The position numbers were made by a program, and so were the translations under genes. The notes under the pieces are model-generated. The model made no database searches. It had not been told where the DNA came from and saw only the letters and a program-made list of their open reading frames with translations. Shown here piece after piece: positions 12,203 through 23,212 of a stretch of 64,000 nt of DNA. Source of the DNA: Rebecca billardiae RCC1528 (lineage: Eukaryota > Protista > Haptophyta); contig OZ251243.1 of assembly GCA_965240325.2 (NCBI GenBank), forward strand, positions 558,001 to 622,000, read 5' to 3'. The number at the start of each line of letters is the position of its first letter. The stretch's first letter is position 1.

Positions 12203-12677
12203 TCAGTGGCTCTCAGCTGCTTTACAACTCAGACTTGATGATATGAGTACTCAGTCTCATCTACGACTCTAGTCTCTCTGCTCTGCATGAGCCGGATCAC
12301 TCTCTCTGCTGCTTATATATATATATAATTGGGACGGACGCCGGTGGCCTATAACAGTACAAGTATACGAGTACGATCGGATCATCGGTCATAGTGGGGT
12401 CAGAGCCCCGACCGTTACACTCCCGAGTGACACAATCTCCCGAAATCTCGAAATATGAAATATATCCTTGATGTGTAACTGTCTATGAGTCCGTTTACGC
12501 TCGTTTAGGCTTAATTCCAGGGAGTAGAATCCGCCTGTGCCAATTGCAGACTGCCAAAGTGTGATCTAGCCGGTGCGATTCTGGTGCAAATAGCGAGATC
12601 ACCTTGAAGATCGTGTATCTCCCCTACTAAAGCTGCCGAGATCGCGTCGAGATTGAGGTCGTATATCTCCAGCAGTA

Positions 12678-12679
<2 letters not shown>

Positions 12680-12727
<48 letters not shown>
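12680..12727. repeat. (TA)n microsatellite
   Basis: Direct reading. Confidence 0.95.
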
Positions 12728-12732
<5 letters not shown>

Positions 12733-12777
12733 ACATTTTTTCGCGCAGCAAAACTACGTGTCAGCGTGACCCCAGCA

Positions 12778-12827
12778 GGTCATTTCAGGCTCGAATATTG
12801 ACGGTCATTTCAGGCTCGAATATTGAC
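12778..12827. repeat. Perfect 25-bp tandem duplication GGTCATTTCAGGCTCGAATATTGAC x2
   Basis: Direct reading. Confidence 0.95.
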
Positions 12828-13021
12828 ATCCCGAAGTTTGAGAGCCTCATCTCAAGACGACAGAAAGCTGGATTTTGGGCCACACAACCCACAGACAGTC
12901 GGGTTGGTGTGAGTGAGGACCCTCTGGCCCTTTAATGTATATATATATATATACATACATACACACACACATATATATATATATATACAAAGCCTTATTT
13001 ACAATCGATCGTCATCGTAGT

Positions 13022-13062
<41 letters not shown>

Positions 13063-15018
13063 CCAGGTCGTTCCCCGTGCACTGGGAATCCGCGGTTTCG
13101 CCCTATTCAGAGCGCGAGGCCGCGGCATAGCAACGCAGATTTAGTCTTCCGCTTCGTCTATCAGACCACTTGAACGATCTAATCGAGCTTTCCAATTGAA
13201 AATGACGAAACTAGATCCATCCATTGGAGAAGCCAAATCCCGAGCGCGGCAAAGCCGTGGAACGCAGTAATCAGCCTCGTCAGCGATAGTCCGCTCACGA
13301 AATCGATCATCGATGCGCTGGAAATGAGTTCTTCGTGTGCAACCTGGAGGCGGGAGCCCTCCGCCGCGGGTGCGGAGCACCGATTCTGACCCGCCCCCTG
13401 CGGCTGCGGCCGGGCACGAGTGCGATGCCGCTGGCCCCGGCTGGGGGGCGCGCCCGGGCCAGGGCACTGCGGGCGCGGATGTGCTCGCGGAGCCGGCGTG
13501 CGTGGACGGGCTGTTGCGGGAGAGTATCTGCCGCCCTCCTGCGCCGTGCGACTTGCGCCACGCCTCTTTCGCCTCGGCTCAGGGCAGCGCACACGCGCGC
13601 GCCGCCTCCGAAGGCCAGCCTTGCCTGCGCCGCAGCCGGTCGCGCGCGCGCCGTGCGCGGCGTGGTCGGGAAGGAACGGGGGGTGCTGCCGGGCGAGATG
13701 GCGACATCATGTGCGCACGCCATGCCGCCGCGCCACGCCTTGCCGAGCGTGTCGCCGGTCCGTTTGCACGCCTCTTCCAGTTGTCACAAATGGTGTCAGG
13801 TGTGCCGCACGGCCTCGCGGTCAGGACCGCTGGGGGGCGCGCCCGGGCCAGGGCGCTGCGGGCGCGGATGTGCTTGCGGAGCCGGCGTGCGTGGACGGGC
13901 TGTTGCGGGAGAGTATCTGCCGCCCTCCTGCGCCGCGCGACTTGCGCCACGCCTCTTTCGCCTCGGCTCAGGGCAGCGCGCACGCGCGCGCGCCGCCTCA
14001 AGGCCAGCCTTGCCTGCGCTGCAGCCGACCGCGCGCGCGCCGTGCGCGGCGTGGTCGGGAAGGAACGGGCGCGGCTGCCGGGCGAGATGGCGATATCATG
14101 TGCGCACGCCATGCCGCCCCGCCACGCCTTGCCGAGCGTGTCGCCGGTCCGTTTGCACGCCTCTTCGAGTTGTCACAAATGGTGTGCACGCGGCCTCGCG
14201 GTCGTGACCGCCTTGTCGGGACGATCATTGAGACACAGAACAGTGCCAGACGGGCACGCGGGAAACTCTTACATGAATGTTCATCACTGCGTGGTCATGT
14301 AGAAGTGCTGGGTGCGACGCTTTCCTCGCGCGGATGCACTTTCATCATCTTCTTCGAGCTCAGGTCTGGCTTCAGGCACGACAAGAAAGCAGCACTCGTC
14401 AACAGCTGTGCGGATCCGTTATCGTGCCCTTTCGCGGCGCCGCGGGGCGGCATGGCGTGCGCACATGATGTCGTCATCTCGCCCGGCAGCACCCCCCGTT
14501 CCTTCCCGACCACGCCGCGCACGGCGCGCGCGCGGTTGGCTGCGGCGCGGCAGTGCTCGGGCCTCGAGGCGGCGCGCGCGTGCGCGCTGCCCTGAGCCGC
14601 GGCGAAAAGAGGCGTGGCGCGAGACGCGCGGCGCAGGAGGGCGCCAGATACTCTCCCGCGACAGCCTGTCCACGCAAGCCGGCTCCGCGAGCACATCCGC
14701 GCCCGCAGCGCCGTGCGGCGTGCCCCGGGCGCGCCCCGCCAACGGCGCTCGGCCGCCTTGCCGCTGCCCGCCTGCCGCCGAGGGCAAAAGGTCAAGATTT
14801 GGTCGGCCCTCGCCTGCCGAGCCGCCACCGGGGGCTCCGCCCTGCCTTCTATCTCGTTGCGGCTCAATTTTGGGATTGCGAGACCAGCTCATCGATTGAC
14901 GCACATCCGCACCCGCGAGACCTGAAAATCTTATTCGCGGGTAGCGACGGGTGCGTCCTGCGGCTGTTTTTCTCGTATGTCCAAACCGCGGATTCCCAGT
15001 GCAGGGGGAACGACCTGG
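13063..15018. mobile_element. Non-autonomous TIR (fold-back-like) DNA element, ~1.96 kb, TA-flanked
   Basis: 36-bp TIR CCAGGTCGTTCCCC(G/C)TGCACTGGGAATCCGCGGTTT with 1 mismatch; TA on both sides; internal direct repeats of 389-bp period (13441-, 13830-) plus an inverted copy at ~14446-14738; no transposase. Confidence 0.9.
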
Positions 15019-15138
15019 TAGACGAATAAATAATCATCGTCGGATGATGATCATGGTCGCCAGGTCGGTCTGTACTCTGTACAGTTCGACTACTACTACA
15101 AACGGACGATATCGCGAGCGATGCCTGCGGCAGCCGAG

Positions 15139-17959
15139 CTAGCATCCCATTCCCGCGGCGGTACTATCGTACGACCCTGCCGCCACGGCCACAGCCACAG
15201 GCCCGGGGCCCTGGCGTGCCGTGCCCCCCGCCTGCAGCTGCGACGATGTCACTGAGGCGGCGGCCAGCGGCGGCGGCTGCGCCGATGGCAGAGAAACGGC
15301 GCCCGGCGGTGCGCCTCCCGGCGGCGGCCAGCGCGTCGATGAGACGGCGGGCGGTCCGCGCGTGCCCAAGGCGTGGCCGTGTGCGGCCTGGGGCGTGGCC
15401 GCTGCCTGGGGCTGGGCCATGGCGCTTGGTGGCAGATGGGCCGCCGGGCGGGCGACGGCTACTACTGGCATCGCGCGCGCGGCGCTAGCCGTGGAGGATG
15501 CGCCCGCCGCCACGCCGATCGGTGTGTCCACCTCCGCCCTCCCCACGGGCGGCGGCTCTGACGGTGACAGTGGCTGCGGCGGCAGCGGCGCCGGCCCCGG
15601 TGGCGCAACCGTCTGGACAGCCTCAGCTGCGGCGCTGTCCGCTGGGCCCCCAGCCAGCCGCTCGCCCTCGCCGCCGGCGACCGGCGCCGCGCCGGCCTCC
15701 GCCGGCGCTGCCGCCGCGTCGCTGAGCTCCCCGCTGCACGCGCGCACCGCCGCCAGCGCGGTGCGGACGCATTCCGCCTCCACCGCGCTCGAGCCCTCGC
15801 CGCCCATCCCGGCCGCGCCAGTCAGGAACGGGTGCGCCGCCGCCTCCGCCGGCGTCCACCTCTGCTCCGGGTCGAGGATGAGAAGGTTCTCGACAAACGC
15901 CGCGAACGCGCCCAGCTCGTGCAGCGCTCGGCTGCTCCGCGTGCTCCGACCCGGCTGCGGATCCGCCGCGGTGCATGGCGACGGGCCGCCCCCCGCTGAA
16001 GCCTCGGGAGGGAGCGGCGCGCCGGAGTCGGCAGGGGCCTCCGCACAGGGCGGGCGTCCAGCGCAGGCCGCATCCGCAGGGGGCTGCGGCGCGGGCTCGG
16101 GCGGAGCAGCCGCATGCGCTGCGCCATCTGGCGCGGTGGGATCCGACGGCCCCGCGGGCGCGCCGGCCAGCGGACGTGACACAGGCTCCGTGCTCGGGAG
16201 CAGCGGTGGCAGCCGCCCAGCCGCCAGCGCTCGCAGCAGCAAGTGCGCTCGCACGCTCGCGCGTGCGATCGGGAACGCGCCGGCATCAGCCGCAGCCGGC
16301 GCGTCGACGGGCGTGTACGCTGCCGCCATGCGAGCCGCCACCTCCTGCGCGAAGTCCACCGCCGTCGCGGGCCCCGCCACTGCCGCCGCCGCCGAGCTCA
16401 GCTGCGGCCGTTCTCGGCTGCGATCTCGGCTGCGCGATGCGCGCTGCGCGGTGTTTGTCTCATCCGCGTGTGCGAGCGCGGCGCGCAGCGCGTGCGGCGC
16501 GTCGTGCGGGGCCTGGGAGGCCTCGGAGGTCGCGCGCGCCCTCGCCACAAGGGCAGGCAGCAGCTCAAAGCAAACCGCTGCGACCGGCGGCGAGGCCCCG
16601 GCCTCCGCCGCTGCTCCCGCCGCCACGGCCGCCGCAGCCGCCGCAGCCGCAGCCGCGCCCGCAGCGCACTGCGCGCCGCCGTCGCCGTCCGCGGCTGCAG
16701 CTACGGCCGGCTGTGCGACGTCCGCGGCGTCCGCCGCGGCGTCCGCCGCGGCCGCTCCTCCACTCTCGGCCGCGCCCTCCGCCGCGCCCTCGCCGCCCTC
16801 CTCCGCGACGACCACGGCCCGGAAATAACGGCCGGCACGCGCGCCGCCCAGCAACATGTGCGCTGGCGGAGTGCCGCACGCGCCCACGATACGCGCTAGT
16901 TGGCCCTCCTCGCTCTCACCGGCGAAGAGCGGCGTGCCGAGGAAGAGCTCGGCGGAAATACACGCCGCGCTCCACATGTCCACCGCCCGGCCGAAGCGCA
17001 GCCCCAGGATCACCTCAGGCGCGCGATAATAGCGCGACTGCACGTACACGCGGCAACGCTCGCGGTCGGCGCGCGCGCCCGCGCGCTCGCGCACGGCGGA
17101 GCCGAGGTCGATGAGCTTGACGCGCGGGCGCTGGCCGTCGACGAAGAGGATGTTCTCCGGCTTCAGGTCGCAGTGCGTCACGCCCGCCTCGCCCAGCACC
17201 GCCAGCGCCTGCAGCAGCTGCGCGGTGATTGCTCGAACGACTGACAGCTCGAAGCCGCGGTGCCCCGCCAGCCGCAGCGCCTCATACAGGTTGACGCCGA
17301 GGCGCTCGAAGACGAGGCAGAGGTGGCGGCGCCAGACGAAGTGCTCGTGCAGCCGTACGATCACGTCGAAGCCGCGCGCGTCCTGCGTCTTGTTCAGCTG
17401 CGCGCGACGCGCGTGCGCGCGCGTCGCGCGCGCGCGCACCGTCGGCCGCGCGATGGCAGGGTGGCATAGCGCGCGCGCCCGGGGGCCGCGCCGCCGCGCC
17501 GCGGCAAGGCGCGCGCACAAGGTACAGGATGTTGATCTCCGCGAGCGCCTGGTTGAAGTACGCCGTCCGGCTCTTCACCACCTTGACCGCGCACACCGCC
17601 GGCGCGACAGCTTTGCTCTGCTGCGCGGCCGCGGCGCACGCGCGCCGGCAGCGGTACACGTGGCCAAAGGCGCCGAAGCCGAGAAGCTCCTCCACGTGGT
17701 ACTTGCTCCCTGAGTCGGAGTTGAACGTGTCGTGCACGCGCACGACCAGGTCGCCCTTCGCGCTGTCGTACGCGCCCGCGGGCAGCGCGCCGACGTCGTG
17801 CGTCAACACGCGGACTGGCATGCGCGCCACGTCAAAGGCGAACGCGGGGTTGGTGCGGCGGTAGGTCTGCACGAGCTGCTCGGTGACGGCGCGCAGCAGC
17901 CAGCCGTGCCGTGGCGCCGGGGGCAGGGCTGCCCCCGGCTGCGCCGCGCTCGCCGACAT
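15139..17959 (-). CDS. YAK1-like DYRK-family kinase; exons 17959-17519, 17397-15139
   Basis: Yak1-type pre-kinase segment (LVQTYRRTNPAF..RVLT..YD..DLV); GFGAFGHV, AVKVVK, HCDLKPENIL, DLGSA, YVQSRYYRAPE; intron 17398-17518. Confidence 0.9.
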
Positions 17960-18620
17960 GCGGCGAATTCCCGCGCCCCGACGGGCGCGGCGTCCACGCC
18001 CACCGCTGTGGCCCTTTGGAAGTGCTTGGTGTCGTATCATCGTGACGACGGCCGCTGACTTGAAGCAGCGCGGGAGCTCGCGAGCGGTCCCGCCTCGGGA
18101 GGTCGCCGGTGGCTCTCAAGATCGGCATTCGTGAGCGAATGCGCGCGGGTAATTTCGCCGAACGAATGGGGGAAACCATTGGGGGGTGGTGCTCGCCACC
18201 GAGAGCGGCCGGGGCCCCGCCGCGAGGGCCATCGCACCCCCCCCGCACCGCACCCCAACCCTAGGCCATGCCCACCCCGCCGACTAAACTGTCAGGAGGG
18301 TGGGAGGGCAGGGAAGGAACCTTCCCAGGGAGAGGCAGCCGCCAACGCGGAACGCCGCCGCGACTGGGCCCGCACCGCGCGCGCGCGGCTGCATGCGTGC
18401 CGGCGCGGGTCGGTCCGGGTCAGGCTGCGAAGCACGGCCAAGTGCTGGAGCGACACGTGGCCCGCCTGGAGGGCTCCCGCCTGCTGGGCCCGGACGGGGC
18501 TGCCGGTGAGCTGTACCGGCATAAGCGAACGATTATGCAACCACAGTTTATTAAGAATAATGAGACGCACACGTAGTCCGGCACGTAACGTAGTACACCG
18601 GGTCACAAATTCTGGCAGGC

Positions 18621-18780
18621 AGGCCTGAGCTCAAGCCATTCTATCGTGTTGCAGGCTATCAGGCTATGCTCTGCCGCCACCAACGCCGACTTGTCGACGA
18701 TCGGGAGCTGCCGCCGACGAATCACGAGAGCTGCGCCGTCCCACCTAGGTGTCGTTAAATTCGGAAACATAGAATGAGTC
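18621..18780 (+). mobile_element. Unclassified dispersed element, copy A (3' fragment)
   Basis: Aligns by eye to the reverse complement of 23213-23350 and to 30683-30747 and 61140-61229 (core GACGAATCAsGAGA...TGTCGTTAAAT..CATAGAAT). Confidence 0.85.
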
Positions 18781-19307
18781 GTAGACGAGCATAAGAGAGG
18801 GTCGTCACCGCCACTTAACCGATTTTATTCCGTTTCGGACTTCAATCAATGCGGTGAATGGGGGTACAGTACGGTCAGTACTCGCGGCTTACAGAGTAGT
18901 GAGACTCACGGTTAGTGCTCATACAGACACATACACCAGCAGGCAGCAGTCGTCGTAGTGTTTGCTGATGGCGTAGGTATGCGTGGCGTTATAGGGAACC
19001 TATAACTGAGTGTCTATGAGCGACGCCAAGAATCCGGCTCGCATGGCATTCCTGCGTTGTCCCGCGCGCGCGGGCGCCCTCTCGACCCCGGGCAGCAGCT
19101 CAACCGCCACGCCGCTGCCAGTGCCAGCGCCCGGTGTCGTTCGTTGCTCGATCAAATCCCAACATAGCTAACTTGATCGTTCTACATGATCATCGTGGTC
19201 GTCTACTCCACGACGCCACGCGCCGCGACCATCCAGCTCCAAAGTCCAGTCGTACCCGACGCCTTGTACCAGCCGGGCATTATTGGCGGAGTGGCTAGAC
19301 TGTACTA

Positions 19308-19329
19308 GCACACACACACACACACACGT

Positions 19330-19420
<91 letters not shown>
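19308..19420. repeat. (CA)n microsatellite
   Basis: Direct reading. Confidence 0.98.
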
Positions 19421-19423
<3 letters not shown>

Positions 19424-19744
19424 TATGTACACAGTGACTGACCATGACAGTCATGCAGTAGACTACTACTTAGTGAGTCAGAGACTATTAGAGTGAGTAT
19501 ATATATATAGTAGTATTAGTAATAGTGACAGTCGTCTGCAGCTCAGAAAGTCTCAGACTCAGTACTGTCTGTCAGTAATATATATATATATATAAGTTAG
19601 CTAATATATATATATAGCTTAGTACTACGTGTACGACGTAAATATAGCTACGCGTGATATATGATAATGAGCTTCAAGCAGGACTTCTGGCGACGGATGG
19701 TGCTGCGCGCCGCCTCTTGCGGGCCCCGTGGGCTCGGCCGGAAT

Positions 19745-21199
19745 TCACTCGTCGGTCGACGACGCGGCGCCGGGCGCGAGCACGCGGTTCACGAGCGCGA
19801 GCGTGGCCAGCGAGCCGAGCGTGGTCATCACGCGCTCGCCGAGCGTGAGCGCGCGCTGCACGAGGGCACGGTACCTGCCGTACGTGCCCGACGCGTCCTC
19901 GGCGACGATGCGGAACACCATCGGCACGCACAAGCCCTCGAGGAAGCGCACGCTCGTCACCGACGTGACGAGCAGCGCGCACGCCGCAGGACCGGCGCAC
20001 GCCGCCGCGCGCTCGCCCGCGAGCGCGAGTGCGAGCGGCACGCTGACGAGCAGCGCCATCGCGCCCATCTGCGCGTTGAGGGAGTAGCGGTGCGTCTCGG
20101 TGCGCAGCGAGAGCAGCGCGCCGCCCAGCAGCCCGAAGAAGCTGAGCTGCTGCGTCAGCCCCAGCAGCTCGTCTGCAGCGCCCGCGCGCGCGTGCGCAGG
20201 CAGCGCGCGGTGCGCGGCATACGGCAGCACGCCGGGCGTGACGCCCCAGACGACGCTCTGGATCGCGGTGTAGCGCAGCCACAGGCTGAGCGCGCACGCG
20301 ACCCACGGCGGCGGCGGGAAGCCGAGCCGCGCGCTCGCCGGCGGCGCGACGAGCGGCGTGCGCAGCGCGTGCTCGCCGCACGCATCGGCGGCGCACGTGC
20401 CGTCCCCCGCCGCGTGCGGCCGCGGCCCTGCGGCCATGGGACTCTGGTCCAAGGCTGGTGAGTGCGCGAGCGCGTCCTTGAGCGCCGGCGCGCGCTCGGC
20501 GTGGCGCGGCGAGACGGGCGCCACCCCGGCACGGCGCAGCCCGATGCCCCACCGCTTGATCGCGCAGAGCGCGAACGCGCTCGGCAGCGCCAGCATCGCC
20601 ACAGCTGCCAGGAAGGCCGATGGGGAGAAGCGCGGCGCCGAGCCCGGGCGCTGGACGAGAGCGAGCAGGGCCGTAGCGCCGGCGGCGAGCGTGCCGCCGA
20701 GCACGGTGGCGCCGATCAGCCGCGGCTCGTGCTGTAGCTGCCAGGGCATCATGATCACCATCTTGGCGCTGCCCAGCAGGCCCGCCACGAAGCTCAGGGC
20801 CAGAAGTGCATGCGAGTGCTGCGCCGAGTGCTGGTGCCAGCACAGCGCGCCCAAGCCCAGCCCGAGGAGTGTGGTCGCCATCGTGCCCACCATGAGGCAC
20901 TCGTCCAGCCGGTGCCGACTGCTCCGACGCAGCGCGCGCGAGCGCCCGCTGCTCGCGCGCTGGTTCGCAACAAAAACTCCGAGCAGCAGCGGCACCGAGC
21001 AGAGCGAGCCCGCGCTTGTCGCCGAGCCCATCCACGCGGCGAGGGCGAGGCCCTCGGGCTGCACGCGCTGGAAGCACGGGATCTGCATCATCAGCGCGTC
21101 AAGGAGCAGCCAGCCCTGCCCCAATGACACCAACGCGAACGCCGCAAAGGCCACGGGCTCGTGGCCTTTGCACATCGGCGGCACAGCCGCGTCCGCCAT
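19745..21199 (-). CDS. SLC52/RFVT (riboflavin transporter)-like multi-pass membrane protein
   Basis: N-terminal LGQGWLLLDALMMQIP..QPEGLALAAW resembles SLC52 GMGSW..NG.W.ELP...PEGWSLPSY; RFSPSAF motif; ~11 hydrophobic segments. Confidence 0.75.
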   Translation of the reverse strand: MADAAVPPMCKGHEPVAFAAFALVSLGQGWLLLDALMMQIPCFQRVQPEGLALAAWMGSATSAGSLCSVPLLLGVFVANQRASSGRSRALRRSSRHRLDECLMVGTMATTLLGLGLGALCWHQHSAQHSHALLALSFVAGLLGSAKMVIMMPWQLQHEPRLIGATVLGGTLAAGATALLALVQRPGSAPRFSPSAFLAAVAMLALPSAFALCAIKRWGIGLRRAGVAPVSPRHAERAPALKDALAHSPALDQSPMAAGPRPHAAGDGTCAADACGEHALRTPLVAPPASARLGFPPPPWVACALSLWLRYTAIQSVVWGVTPGVLPYAAHRALPAHARAGAADELLGLTQQLSFFGLLGGALLSLRTETHRYSLNAQMGAMALLVSVPLALALAGERAAACAGPAACALLVTSVTSVRFLEGLCVPMVFRIVAEDASGTYGRYRALVQRALTLGERVMTTLGSLATLALVNRVLAPGAASSTDE

Positions 21200-21338
21200 C
21201 GGTCCGAGCACTCCGACCGGTCACGCGCTGTCCGCCATTGTTCCCGAGGAGTAAGTACTGAGCAGTCCGGGCACGAAATCACTCCGGCAGGAAGTGGCGC
21301 GCATCACGTCACCTGCTTCCGCCATCCGGCGTCACGCG

Positions 21339-22970
21339 ATGCTCGCGCTGCGCGCTCGGCGGGCTGGCGCGTGCCGTGCCACCGGCGCGCCGGCGGGCCC
21401 GTGGGGCCGCGTGCTAGCCGCACGCCCCTTGCACGCCACCCCCGCCCCGCGCATCTGGCCGCTCGTCGCCGGCATCGGCGTCGCGACCGCTGCATACGCC
21501 GTGAGGCTGGCGCTGAACGCCGCGCGCGAGCAGGAGGCGGCCGAACGGCGGGGCGAGTCGGCGCGCGACGACGCCGAGGGTTCGTCGGCCTCGTCCAGCA
21601 CACATGCCGCCTCCGCCTCGGCCGCGGCGTCCGCGCAGGCCGCGGCCGCGGCCAGCGCGGCGACCGGTGGCGGTGGCGGCGTGCTTGCCCCCGTCCTGGC
21701 CATCTCCGTGGGCGACAGCGGCCTACGGCTGGCGCTGGCGTCGGCCGGCGCGGCCGGCGCACGGGTGATCGAGACGCCCGAGGGTGCCCGCGCCTTCCCG
21801 GCCGCGTACATGGTGGCGCGTGACGGCGAGGTGGTCGTCGGCGCGGCCGCGCTCCGCCGCCGCTTTGAGGCCGGCGCGGCGGTCGCCACTGACGCCACCA
21901 TGCGCCTGGGCGCGCGGATGGCGAGCGGCGATGGCGCGGAGGAGGGCGCGGCGGGCGGCGCGGCCGAGGCCGCCGACCCTTGGGCCTCCGCATTCGGCGC
22001 AGGCCGCGCGCCCCTCGTCGCCGCGCCCGACGGCAGCCTCGCCTACCGGCTGCACTCGGCAGTGCGCACCCCCGCACACGCGGTCGCGGCCGTCCTCGGG
22101 CACGCCAAGGGCGTGGCGGAGGAGGCGGCGGGGCGCAAGCTGTGGCGCGCGGTGCTCGCCGTGCGCGCGGGGGCGGACGACACGCACGTCGACGCCGCGC
22201 GCGCCGCTGCCGCGGAGTGCGGGCTGCTCGGCGCCGCCGTCGTGCCGGCGCCGGTCGCGGCGTTGGAGGCGGCGCGCGCCGTGGCCGGCGACGGCGGCGG
22301 CGGTGCGGCCAGTGCCGCCGACGGAGTCGCCGTCGTGTATCACATGGGCGCGCGGCGCGCGAGCGCCACGGTGCTCTCCGCGACGGGTGCGGAACCCCCG
22401 CGCGTGCTCGCCGTGGCCGAGACCACGGCCGCCGGCGGCGACCGTTACGACCGCTCGGTGGTCGACTGGCTCGTGGGCGCGTTTAGTCGGGAGCATGGCG
22501 AGGGCATTGAGCTGCGCGCAGACCCTCTCGCGCTCTCGCGGCTGCTGGACGCGGCGAGCAAGGCGCGGCACGAGCTGTCGAGCGCGCCCGCGACGGTGGT
22601 CGAGCTCCCGTTCATCACCGCCGACGCGAGCGGGCCGAAGCACCTGCGCGCCGAGCTCTCACGAGCGGCCTTTGAGTCTCTCGTCGCGGACGGACTGACG
22701 GAGGCGGCGGTGGCTGAGACGGTGCCGCGAGCGCTCGCGGCCGCGGGCGTGGACGCGGCGGCGGTGCGGGTGCTCGTGCTGAGTGGCGGGCTGCTGCGCA
22801 CGCCGCACGTGCGCGCGCGCGTCAGCGCGGCGCTCCCGGCCGCACGCGTGCTGCCGGCCGGCGCGGACGCTGCGGCCGTCAGCCCGGAGGAGCTGTCAGT
22901 GCTTGGCGCCGCGCTGCCGCGCTTTGCGCCGCGCGCGGCGACAGCCGCCGAGGCGTCTCAGGCTGCGTAG
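21339..22970 (+). CDS. Degenerate mtHsp70/DnaK-derived nucleotide-binding domain with presequence and TM anchor, no substrate-binding domain
   Basis: VIETPEGAR, DPLALSRL..AASKARHELSS, LPFITADASGPKHL, LSGG..RTP and VSPEE..LGAA, then stop; Arg-rich leader and TM segment WPLVAGIGVATAAYAVRL. Confidence 0.85.
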   Translation: MLALRARRAGACRATGAPAGPWGRVLAARPLHATPAPRIWPLVAGIGVATAAYAVRLALNAAREQEAAERRGESARDDAEGSSASSSTHAASASAAASAQAAAAASAATGGGGGVLAPVLAISVGDSGLRLALASAGAAGARVIETPEGARAFPAAYMVARDGEVVVGAAALRRRFEAGAAVATDATMRLGARMASGDGAEEGAAGGAAEAADPWASAFGAGRAPLVAAPDGSLAYRLHSAVRTPAHAVAAVLGHAKGVAEEAAGRKLWRAVLAVRAGADDTHVDAARAAAAECGLLGAAVVPAPVAALEAARAVAGDGGGGAASAADGVAVVYHMGARRASATVLSATGAEPPRVLAVAETTAAGGDRYDRSVVDWLVGAFSREHGEGIELRADPLALSRLLDAASKARHELSSAPATVVELPFITADASGPKHLRAELSRAAFESLVADGLTEAAVAETVPRALAAAGVDAAAVRVLVLSGGLLRTPHVRARVSAALPAARVLPAGADAAAVSPEELSVLGAALPRFAPRAATAAEASQAA

Positions 22971-23212
22971 GCTGCCGCCGGGGGAAGCATCATCAGCCGC
23001 CTGGGCGCGGAGTCCGCTGGACTCTCCCGACGCTGCTGCCGTCGGGCGTGTCGGAGAGGCACGCGGTCGCTCTGACGAGAGGCACAGTCTGGCGAGTCGC
23101 AGCGGTGCATCGCACCTTTGTCGGGAGGCGTCTCGCCAGTCTGTGACTACTCATACTGACTGTGTCTGTGGGAGCGCCTTCGGCCACAGCTATTGCGCTG
23201 ATAAATTTATTA

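Noticed and set aside
12396-12934. Possible old MITE with GGG(T/C)CAGAG ends
   Set aside because: The inverted match is only ~9 bp and degenerate, with no clear TSD
13335-14904. Long overlapping ORFs inside the fold-back element
   Set aside because: Products of stop-poor GC-rich repeats; no domain motifs or codon bias
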